64,000 bases of DNA from Octopus sinensis (taxonomy: Eukaryota), in contig NC_042997.1 of NCBI RefSeq assembly GCF_006345805.1, forward strand, positions 116,870,001 to 116,934,000, written 5' to 3'. Positions 54,192 to 64,000 of the stretch are shown in pieces. Within the stretch, counting starts at the first letter, position 1. Every line of letters starts with the position of its first letter. The position numbers and the translations under genes were made by a program. The notes beneath the pieces are model-generated. The model saw only the letters and a program-made list of their open reading frames with translations, was not told the origin of the DNA and searched no databases.

Positions 54192-54352
54192 ACAATTAAT
54201 AAGAGGTATGACACTAAAGTGGATTCCTATAAGATAGAGATAGACGTCAAATCGCCTTACCACAAAGAGTGTGCTCTCAAGAAACAAGGCGATTTGACGT
54301 CTATCTCTAGCGTATATAAATCCAGTTTAGTGTCATTCCTCTTATTAATTGT
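54192..54352. repeat. Imperfect inverted repeat, 67-bp arms, 27-nt spacer
   Basis: 54192-54258 vs 54286-54352. Confidence 0.9.
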
Positions 54353-54353
54353 T

Positions 54354-54401
<48 letters not shown>

Positions 54402-54441
54402 TATACATACATGCATACACACACACGCATATATATATAAC

Positions 54442-54516
<75 letters not shown>

Positions 54517-55489
54517 TAATGTGTGTGTGTGTGTGTGTGTGTGAATATTGTCCCCCCCCCCCACATCACTTGACAACCGATGTTTCTGCGTTTACGTTCC
54601 CATAACTTAGCAGTTCGGCAAAAGAGACCGATAGAATAAGTACTAGGCTTGCAAAGAATAAGTTCTGGGATCAAATTGTTTGACTAAAGGTGGGACTTCA
54701 GTTTGGCCGCAGTGGAATGAATGAAACAAATAAAGAATAAAAATAAAAGAATATATATATATATGGCGATTTAAACTCTAAAGAGTTTTCCTTGGGAATA
54801 TGGCAATGGTTGCGAATATATCCATTTATCTATCTTTCTAGCTTTCTGTCTCTGTGTTTATCTTTCTATCTGTCTATCTATCGATCTGTCTATCTGTTTA
54901 TCTATCTATCTCTCGTGATATACCATCTGTTCGTTTCAGTGTTGAGCATTCATTTGTTCGGTCAACTGAACCACTTTCTCCTCAAGCTAGCTTGCATTCC
55001 AGAGATATGCATATCTTTAATATAATTATCTGATGAATTGAGAATGGAACAGCATATGACATGACTGAACCTTTTTTTAAATCTTAGGCACAACTCATTC
55101 GCAACGGGTTCACTTGAAGATTCCGTTTATCGAATGTTAGCCTTTTGTAGGCGGCAATATGGCAGAGATATTAGATTGTCCGCTGCCATGTCTCACAATA
55201 TTTGTTCTGACTTCTGACTCCCTTTGCTCTGAGATCAAATGTCGCTGAAGTCAACTTTGCTTTTCATTCATTGAAAGTTGATGGATGTGTACCTATGCAA
55301 GGCGATGCAATTGAGAAAGAGTAAGAATGTGAAACTAGATGTTTTAAGGTATTTGTTCCGATTCTTTGCATTCTTAGTTCAAATCATGACATCTCACTTG
55401 GATGGTTGACTTAATCACTCGCCCTGTTTAACACCATGGCCTAGCACCTCGGGTCCCCTTAACGGAGTCTACTCTGTTGCAGATATTCG

Positions 55490-55885
55490 GGGCAGGACCA
55501 CATGGTTCAAAGTTCAGTCCCACTGCATGGTTCCTTGGACAAGTCTCTTCTACCATAACCTTGGGCCAATCAAAGCACTGTGGGTGGATTTGAAAGACGG
55601 CAAATGACAGAAGCCCGCACTGTATGTATGTGTGTCTGAGTGTTTGTGCGTGTGTGTTTGTGTGTGTGCATGTTTGTGTCTGTGTTTGTCCCGCCCACCA
55701 ACCGCTTGATAACAAGTACTGTTGCGTTTGTCTCCGTAACTTAGTGGTTCGGCCAAGACACCGATAGAATAAGTACCAGACTTTAAAATAAATAACTACT
55801 TGAGATCGACTCATTCGACTAAAATTTCTTCAATGTGATGTCCCAGTATGACCACGATTTAATGACTGAGACAAGTAAAAGAGTA
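55490..55885 (+). mobile_element. SINE family B, diverged
   Basis: accacatggttc..ttcagtcccactgc..aatgactgagacaagtaaaagag. Confidence 0.85.
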
Positions 55886-56293
55886 CGAATTATATTTAGA
55901 TAATGGTTTTTACCCTTTTTTTATTTTAAATTCTTCCCCCATTTTCGGCATATTATGGGAGCTGACAAAATCGTTAGGAGATGGGCTGATCTTGTACTGA
56001 GTTAGCAATTACATTACACAGAGGAAACTGGTGACACTGAAATGGTATTTTAATACACTTTCTTGTAGTTTAATAATAGACAAATTGCATTCCTTTAACT
56101 ACTTTAAACTAGTTATTACACGATACTAACAGAAACAGACACGTGCAAGATAACGTGGATAAAACCAAAAGGGTGAAAGGCGAAATCGCACTCGGTGGAA
56201 TTTGAACTCAGGAAGTAAAGAGTCGGAAGAAAAACAGCTAAGTATTTTTGTCCTACTCTCTAACCGTGCCGCAAATAGATCGAATAATCCGTG

Positions 56294-56880
56294 TCAGTTT
56301 TGCTCTTTCTTCGAAAGTCCTAGTATTTCTATGTTATTGTGTAATTTTGACAGCACATAGCCTAATGCATCCATGACAATAGGTGCAAATGCGAATTTAT
56401 AGTCAGGGTACAATAGCTGTAAGTTCCGCATTAATTCAACATAAATGTTCCCTTTCCCTTGACTTTTGATTATACATTCACAATCGCTGGGCGGCTGACC
56501 TCTATAGAAGTGCATGAGTTTTGTTCCCTCTGCCATGGGACAATATCAGGTCTGTTATATTTGCACCAAATTGATGTATCTATTGGGATGTTCCACCAGT
56601 ATTCCTTGTTTTAAAGGTGTGAATACCAGCTGGTTCTGACATTTCCTTGATGTATATGTCATGGCAATCCGTCCTGGGGATAGCGTTGTAAATAGTGTTG
56701 TGCAATTATCCCACGCGTCAAGGGACATATAGTATCTCGTAGACATTTGGGGACATCCGTTGATGTGGATGATATCTTCCACACTGGTAAAGCAGAGCCG
56801 ACATTTTCTATCATAACGTGGAGGCTTGGTGGTACCTTTGTCTCTCTTGTTTATCAGGTATTTAGTAGCTACCCCCTGTT
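56294..56880 (-). mobile_element. RLE-type non-LTR retrotransposon fragment (R4/Dong-like)
   Basis: CRLC..VEDIIHI.GC (CCHC knuckle), followed by YVELMRNLQLLYPDYKF..PIVMDALG (restriction-like endonuclease C-terminus). Confidence 0.75.
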
Positions 56881-56999
56881 ACTTATATATTTAAGGATTA
56901 ATAAAACATGGCGGTAGAATAAAATCTAACAGGGATTTAGGTCACAAGGGGTCGATAAAAGGTCAGTTGAGCACTCTTCATAATGGTTGTGATATACAC

Positions 57000-57220
57000 T
57001 GGTATTCCCCCGGTACAGTTATATGCTAAGACCAAATTATTGACATTAGACAGTCAGTAAAGGTCGTCATCGTTGGCAGAAACGAAAGCTGAATGAGAAT
57101 AAGGAAGAGAGTGTGCAGGTAGATCCTTATAGCTGTTTCGGGAACAGGAGCGCAGGTGGAACTTTTTCCTACTAGCAATATGATGTCTTTTGTACCATTC
57201 AATCCCAGTTTCATATTTCG
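57000..57220 (-). pseudogene. LRR N-terminal relic (putative TLR)
   Basis: CAPVPET..LHTLFLILIQLSFLPTMTTFT, then after a frameshift LSNVNNLVLAYNC (LxxLxLxxN). Confidence 0.45.
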
Positions 57221-57454
57221 TGACTATTTAAATATACGAATGTTATAATATGACCTGATATCAGTTGCTTGCCTGCTTAGACCTATATTCAGTTATATAC
57301 ATTCCAGTTCGAATGAAGCATTGCCTATAGCCAATCTTTAATGGGCAGCTATAGCATCCCTGCTTTATTTTAATTGCAGTTGGAGTTATATGAAGTAAAT
57401 CAACCTGAATACTAATTGTATGTACTTAGAATCTTACGTCATCAGATTTAATAT

Positions 57455-57655
57455 TGGTTTCAAATTTTGGCATAGGACCAGCAAGTAGGTCGATTATATC
57501 TACACCAGTGTTCAACTAGTACTTACTTTATCAACCCCAAGAAGATGAAAGGCAAAGTCGACCTACATGGATTTTGAATTCGGAATGTAAAAGCATATGA
57601 ATTGTAGCTAAACACTTTACTCGGTGTGCAAACGATTCTGCCAGCTCACCGCCTT
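57455..57655 (-). mobile_element. SINE family A, diverged
   Basis: gatgaaaggcaaagtcgacc..gattctgccagctcaccgcc. Confidence 0.8.
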
Positions 57656-57688
57656 GTCATTCATATATAATATATATATATACACACA

Positions 57689-59203
57689 CTAGTAGACATA
57701 CCCAGCGTTGCTCGGGATTAAAATGGAATAGTTTGTATATAATATATTACTGTTATGTTGAAACAGGTGATATGGGAAAGTGAAGCATTGACAACAAAAC
57801 ATTCGACTGAACAACATGCTATGCGTCCGTTTGGAGTATTTCAGGTCCTAACCTGTCATGGAAAATTGGGGGTGGGATTATGTTATTTTTGAACGCACCG
57901 AAAAGTTGTCAGTGGATATACTCTCTTTTGCGGCAGTCATCACTGTGTCTAACACGACCCATCATTTGAAACGTTAACACTTCCTTCGGGTTTTTGTTGT
58001 CCTACACCACTCATAAAGTAAATTTGGAGGAACTGTGGTTGTTCATTTGTGGGTAAAAGGGAACTAATGCGGTGATAGACTTGCCCTTGAACTTTGACGT
58101 CGGCGTAAATTCATGTTTATCTATCTTCTTAGATGCACCAAACGATGTCATTTGAAATGCAGAGTTGCACTGTCTGATATTGTTAAGAAAATCCTTTGAC
58201 TGGATCGAAGTGTCTTCTAGATGATCTTTAAGAGGTTGGGAAGGAACTGGTAGTGCTGGCAATGTTACCTGACCGCCTGACCAACACATACCATTTGTTT
58301 CATTTGAAAATTTTAAAGCTCTACAGAAACGGCAATTTGTGTTTAGCACACCAATTTGGACAGAATTATCATTTTTATAAGAATGGGATGGATCATATCT
58401 GAAAGCAGCTTCAGGAGTTGTGACTTTATCCAATAGAATAGCTCTCTGTTTCTGAGAAGCTATTCTATTGGACCTCTGTCTGATTTTTTATAACATTGAT
58501 TTAATGATCCAGCATTAAGTGCTGCAGCATGCATTTGCTGATCTTGAGCAAATCTCATCTCACTTCTCTCTTCAGACTCTCGCCTTCGGTTTTCTACAAT
58601 CGTCCTTGCTTTATACTTCTTTCTGGAGAGAGTACGCCTTTTCTTTTGAGGCATATGTTTTTCAATATTGTAAACAAAAATTATGAACATATAAAGAAAT
58701 TATACATTAAGCCCAATATTTTAAGCAGTTGTATGTATGTAGTATGTTTTTATTTTTGTATGCAGTATAAATTAACCAAATAAAATGACACGCTATTCTG
58801 CTGTGGTGGCTCATTTTGTGTTTCTCCGGCTCATTCCGTAAAAAATTATTTGAAGAGAACAGAAATTGAAAGAAGAGAAAGCGAAAAGGACGGAGAAAGA
58901 AAGTGAAAGAGTGTGTATGTGCGTGCGTGCGTGTGTGAGAGAGAAAGAGAGTGAGAAAGGGAGATAGTGAGTGTGTGAAGGTGTGTGTCGTGATGATTGA
59001 TGTCTTTTAAGGAACACACATATAGAAATTGTGATGTCATCGTCTAAAATGTTTACGATAGTTGATTTATGGCAAAGATAATGTTAAATTTTTGAAACGC
59101 AAATAGGTGAATGGAAATTAAGTTTAATTTGTAGTCGAAACAGTACTGAATCTTTTGACACCCCATGCGTCAAAATCTGTAACTCGGTTTTGGAATGCAT
59201 AAG

Positions 59204-59210
<7 letters not shown>
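57689..59210 (-). mobile_element. Internally deleted Helitron (5' region and N-terminal Zn/Rep-proximal coding relic)
   Basis: 3' end CTAG|T at 57689 with hairpin 57701-57716. CRFCRALKFSNE..GMC..GQVTLP..FLNNIRQCNSAFQMTSFGA, then QGQVYHRISSLLP after a frameshift. The 5' end is approximate. Confidence 0.9.
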
Positions 59211-59259
<49 letters not shown>

Positions 59260-60062
59260 AGAACAGATTTCTTTCAAACTGAAAGTATTATCTCACAATA
59301 GAGACGTAATACTAAAATAGTGTAGAGATAAGAGATTGCTCTGGGCTCGCATTAGGCAAGAAGCTGGAAATTCTTTTGACCCATGACACTGCATGGACCT
59401 TGGCTTTGGTATTTGACGCCTGTTGTTTTAAGTATTTTATTTTGATTTTATGTATGTATGTATGTATGTATGTATGTATGTATGTATGAGCCAATAAGGA
59501 AGACCTCTACATGGTAGAAATAGCAGCCAGATCTCTCTCAAAGCACCCTACTGTCTTAATCCGACAATTCTGCCTATTATGTAGTTTGAATGAGAAACTG
59601 TAAGAAGAGATTAAGATAATTAAACCCAAAATTTTCCGCGTTTTAATAGCGATATTTTTTTCCCCTTTTTTGCTTAATTAAAATGGTTGTCTTTTCCTCG
59701 TAGTTTTTCCTGTCAGCTGTAAAGGTGAAGAGGGTTAACTAGAACGGTGTTAAGTAGTGATGTTTATTGATTGTATGTGGCGGTTACTTTTGACTCTTTC
59801 TTCTCAATAAGGATAATTGATTGATAACGAAGTTTAACACAATATATATATACAACTTCAAGTGGAATTGGACATCATAAGAAAGAGAGACAGAGAGAGC
59901 ATAGGTACGGTTTTGGCTGACTGAGTAAGTCGTTGTTTTTAATGGCGGAAGAAACAGATATATATATATATATATTATATATATATATATATCACAATTG
60001 CAGCGTGGAAGGTGTTTATAAGCCATTTAAGAAACACACGAAAACCGTTAGATTAAATTTAA

Positions 60063-60112
60063 TTTGTCAAAATATTTTCGTCGCTTTAGACCGCGACCTG
60101 TTCACTGACAAA
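60063..60112 (-). ncRNA. Type-I hammerhead motif with G3:C8 swapped core
   Basis: UUUGUCA GUGAACA G GUCGC-GGUCUAAA-GCGAC GAAA AUAU U U UGACAAA. Stem I is 7 bp, stem II is 5 bp, stem III is palindromic (AAUAUU). Confidence 0.65.
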
Positions 60113-60158
60113 ACTTCGTGCTGCATCTTCGTGATGCAGCACGAAGTTTTGTCAGTGA
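60102..60158. repeat. Perfect 26-bp palindrome arms, 5-nt loop
   Basis: tcactgacaaaacttcgtgctgcatc-ttcgt-gatgcagcacgaagttttgtcagtga. Confidence 0.95.
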
Positions 60159-60165
60159 TATATAT

Positions 60166-60216
<51 letters not shown>

Positions 60217-60319
60217 CACATATATATATATATATATATACACACACATATATATATATATATATACACATATATATATATATATATATACACATATATA
60301 TATATATATATACACACAC

Positions 60320-60352
<33 letters not shown>

Positions 60353-60353
60353 C

Positions 60354-60428
<75 letters not shown>

Positions 60429-60492
60429 TATATACACATATATATATATAACATATATATTATACATATATATTATATATCCATAATATATT

Positions 60493-60530
<38 letters not shown>
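60159..60530. repeat. (TA)n/(CA)n compound microsatellite
   Basis: Direct inspection. Confidence 0.97.
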
Positions 60531-60531
60531 T

Positions 60532-61402
60532 TTTTTTTATTTATCTAGTTTCAGCTCACAAGCTGTGGCCATGCTGGGGCACCGTCATTTGGTGTTGCTA
60601 CATGATTTTACTTCACGAATGCTTTTTAGCAATTGCCATTTGGTGCATGAGAGAGTTCGATGCAGCTGCCCTCATCTGCACCTCCTGCCGTGAAGTTGGT
60701 TCATCTGGGATACCTGACAAGAAGAGATCCAGTTTCATTTTAAAGACATCTGCATCCACCCCATGCAGGTCTCTTAGGTTCTTTGGGAGGATATTGAAGA
60801 GCTGTGGGCCTCGGAAGCCCAGGCTATCACAGTATCTTGTCCGACATCTTGATGGCAAATTTGGAGTCCTTGGCACTATGCAGTGGCGCCCAGTTCTGGC
60901 ATTTGTGTAACTCTCGATGCCAAAGTTTGGGACAAGTCCTTCTAGGATCTTCCAGATGTATATTATGGCATATCTTTCTCGCCTACGCTCTAAGGAATAG
61001 AGTCTCAATCTCTTGAGTTTTTCCCAATAGCTTATATGCTGCACAGAGGCTATCTTCTTCGTGTAGCTTCGTTGGATCGCCCCAAGTTCTGTGATTAACT
61101 TGACACTGGATGGTGACCATAGCTGAGATCAATAGTCAAAGTGGCTTAGGACAAGTGTCCTCCAGAGGACCATCATGGTTTCCTGGTCTCTTGTTCTGAA
61201 GGTTCTAAGAATCCATCCGGTCAGCCGCCTACATTTCATTTCATTGCCAATTTAGCAACATGCACATGAAAGGTTGCATCATCACTCATGTAAATACCCA
61301 GGTCTGATTGTGCCTCTGGGATTGCAGTCCCTCCAAGTCCAGTGTATTTATTGGGTATTGCATTTAGTTTTGCGTGCTGATAGCATAGAGCTTGAAACTT
61401 TT
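60532..61402 (-). mobile_element. 5'-truncated CR1/L2-group LINE with complete 3' end
   Basis: DLGIYMS..GWILRTFRTRD..LSHFDY*SQLWSP..IQRSYTK..LYSLERRRERYAIIYIWKI. The 3' UTR ends gctgaaactagataaataaaa. Confidence 0.92.
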
Positions 61403-62474
61403 GTTTTTTTATGACTGCTTGTAGACGAATCTTTTACATATCAACAAGCTTCCTACATCCTGTAGGATGTTGGCCCACTCGTCCTTGGCGGAATCCTCGA
61501 GTTAGGTCAAGTGTAAATAGAGGAAATGTGTTCTGGCTATTTTCAGTTTTTGGCAATCAAGAAGAAACTCAGTGAGGACCACGTCAACGTCTTGTGCGTG
61601 CCCATAGTAAAGGAAAGGGTGACAAGGCCATTTCAAACCAGTATGATGTTCCCTTGACAACCATCCGAAGCATAATCAACAAGTACAAAAGGTTCAACAC
61701 TATTAAAATTTCAGTTGGCGTAGCAGGAAGCGTAAGGTGCCTCCCAAACCTGCCAGGAAAATCTGCTGTGAGTTCAACACGAACCCTCGGACCACAACCA
61801 TGGCGCTAATTGAAATGCTTGACCAGGAAGGGATGAAGGTGTCATGGTCAATCACTGAGCGAGCCTTGCACAAACGAGGAGGTCTCCATGACGTAGGCCT
61901 TGGACGATGCCGCTGCTCAGGAAGAAACAACTGGAGGCTCACCTGGCCTTTGCTAGAGGTCATTCCAGCTTTTGATCAACCATTCCGTGGTTTGAGGAGA
62001 CGAAGTTGGAGTTATTTGACCATATAGATGCTGAATATGTCTGAAGGAAGAAACGAGAAACATACAAGCTGAAGAACGCTGTGCCCTCCATCAAGCATGA
62101 TGGTGGAAAAATGATGATATGGGGATGCTTCTCTTCCAGTGGCACAGAGAACCTTGTCAAGGTCCAGGGAATCATGGGAAAGGAGGATTACACCACACCA
62201 GGATCTTTGATGAAAACGTGAAGTAATCCACTGAGAAACTCCAACTCGGCCACAATTGGAAGTACCAGCAGGACAAATATCCGAAATATACCGCCAACGC
62301 AGTGAAGAAATGATTCAGTGAAGAAGTGGTATCTTGAATTGTATATTGTTGTTACTCTTTCACTTGTTAGTCACATACTACTCAGAAACAAACTTGACAA
62401 AATGCATTCATTTCAACACAAAAATAAAAAGTCACAAAAATTAACAAAGGTATGGATAATTTTGAGGACGACTG
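61403..62474 (+). mobile_element. Decayed Tc1-like transposon
   Basis: HTH region GKGDKAISNQYDVPLTTIRSIINKY, then W.EETKLELF, KHDGGKMMIWGCFS and QQDKYPKYT. Right end gataattttgaggacgactg. An inverted C-terminal piece (DEWANI..RLQAVIK) lies at ~61405-61505. Confidence 0.85.
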
Positions 62475-62503
62475 AGTGTCTGTGTGTGTGTGTATACACA
62501 CAA

Positions 62504-62556
<53 letters not shown>

Positions 62557-62658
62557 GGAGTAAGCACATAAATGTGAAACAATGTGGAAAAAAGAGTACT
62601 CAAGTACCAGAGGTAGAGTAGTATGCTTTATTTAAAAGCAGCAGAAATATAACAAAAG

Positions 62659-62696
62659 CTGTTACTCAGAGTTTCACGTTCCCGTTCGTCGGACAG
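62659..62696 (-). ncRNA. Minimal type-I hammerhead motif (U4C core)
   Basis: CUGU CCGACGA ACG-GGAA-CGU GAAA CUC-U-GAG U A ACAG. Confidence 0.6.
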
Positions 62697-62722
62697 TTTT
62701 GTCAAAATGGACTTTAACAAAA

Positions 62723-62760
62723 CTGTCCGACGAACGGGAACGTGAAACTCTAAGTAACAG
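62723..62760 (+). ncRNA. Inverted copy of the hammerhead motif (one stem-III mismatch)
   Basis: ctgt ccgacga acgggaacgt gaaa ctctaag ta acag. Confidence 0.5.
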
Positions 62761-62835
62761 CTTTTGTTATATTCCTGCTGCTTTTAAATAAAGTATATAT
62801 ATATATATATATATAATTTTGAGGACGACTGAGTG

Positions 62836-62872
<37 letters not shown>

Positions 62873-62989
62873 GAGGACGACTGAGTGTATATATATATAC
62901 AGTACTCTAGAGGTGCTTATTTCAAGAAAGTGTAATTACGATATATAGTAGAGAGAAATACACGAATTACATATAACAGTTATATAATC

Positions 62990-63410
62990 CGTCACCGATG
63001 GCATCGCAATTCAAAGCCTTATGCTTAGCCTATACCAAATATTCACCAAACATTCAACCCAATGCATTTCCGAATCCTCCAGACTGCACACAACTTGCTA
63101 AAATACAGTGTTTCCTGAACCATACTATAGATTCAAAATGTCGTCAGTGTCATAACACATTCATCATAAAACACAGTGTTTGAGCTCCTTCTTCTGGTTA
63201 GCTAGAAATAGACGTAAACAATATGAGTCATGAAGTTAAGAAACACAGAAACCACATGAATATGAATGAAGAATGCCAAAAGCGTAGAGTTACATGGCGC
63301 CAATAAGTATACTGTTAAAATCACCATGAAATCAGAAATATCCAAGAAAATAAAAAAAGACGAGATATTGCGAATTCTCTTGTTAAGCAAACATCAATTG
63401 AGTTGTCCTT
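62990..63410 (-). pseudogene. Putative TLR relic (TM segment and TIR N-terminal half)
   Basis: Hydrophobic LLAFFIHIHVVSVFLNF..YVYF*LTRRRS, then VFYDECV (box-1-like) and KLCAVWR..VNI (box-2-like). Confidence 0.45.
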
Positions 63411-63754
63411 TATTTTGGTGGATACACAGACACGTACACACACACACAAACACACACAACTATAGAGTTTATGATTTTTATAGTCTTTCGTCTTTTCTTT
63501 GATTTACCATAAAAATCTAATACATAAAAATCATTTAGTGGTTACTATATCCTACTTGCAGTGACGTCTTAATATCCTTGAAATAAAAGAACTCTGTATT
63601 TAACATGTGGCATTCAGTTGTCAGCCAGAAAAATAAGATGAATTATGTTGTTATTGCCATGGGGTGTAGCAATAAGGAATTTCTAAGTTAAGGCGTGGGT
63701 TACGCGACAATAATAATCCAATCGATCTATCAATCAGTCGAAAATCAACATACA

Positions 63755-63764
63755 TATATATCTA

Positions 63765-63835
<71 letters not shown>

Positions 63836-63851
63836 GTATCTCTCTCTCTCT

Positions 63852-63885
<34 letters not shown>

Positions 63886-63900
63886 ATATATATATATATA
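63755..63900. repeat. (TATC)n/(TC)n/(TA)n microsatellite
   Basis: Direct inspection. Confidence 0.95.
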
Positions 63901-64000
63901 TGTTTACATTAATATCAGTATCTTCTCCCCCTTTTATAGAGTGTATACACACAGACGCGTGTGTGGTGTGTGTCTGTGTATTTATTGATTGCAGTATTGA

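Larger units (their letters stand above)
52774..54750 (+). mobile_element. SINE family B split in two (52774-52939 and ~54520-54750) by later insertions
   Basis: The 5' half ends at aacccgtcgta. The 3' half resumes at (TG)n-tgtccccc..cttgacaaccgatg. Confidence 0.75.
62556..62797. mobile_element. Short fold-back element with two inverted hammerhead motifs, embedded in (TA)n
   Basis: Arms 62622-62702 / 62717-62797, 14-nt spacer. Confidence 0.8.

Noticed and set aside
62456-62888. CRISPR-like repeat spacing
   Set aside because: Eukaryotic context, irregular microsatellite spacers, and the repeat is a Tc1 end; no cas genes.
62998-63183. 61-aa + strand ORF resembling LINE KFQALC
   Set aside because: Match is too short; the opposite strand fits TIR motifs better.

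Overview
AT-rich eukaryotic (animal) genomic DNA with no intact protein-coding gene that I can support. The SINE families and very dense microsatellites point to an octopod cephalopod, which is an inference. Most ORF-track entries are microsatellite or SINE translations. The window holds many tRNA-headed SINEs (3-4 families), decayed LINEs (CR1/L2-group, RTE, R4/Dong-like), two internally deleted Helitrons, Tc1/mariner and hAT relics, and MITEs. Two less obvious layers stand out. (1) At least four unrelated short elements carry minimal type-I hammerhead-ribozyme folds of the Penelope-like-element kind. They include a G3:C8 compensatory core, a U4C core and a copy driven by a tRNA-like Pol III head, and most sit in fold-back (inverted) arrangements. 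(2) Much of the apparently unique DNA between repeats translates into broken LRR, transmembrane and TIR motifs on both strands, suggesting a graveyard of Toll-like receptor pseudogenes. All calls are by eye and need CM/HMM confirmation.
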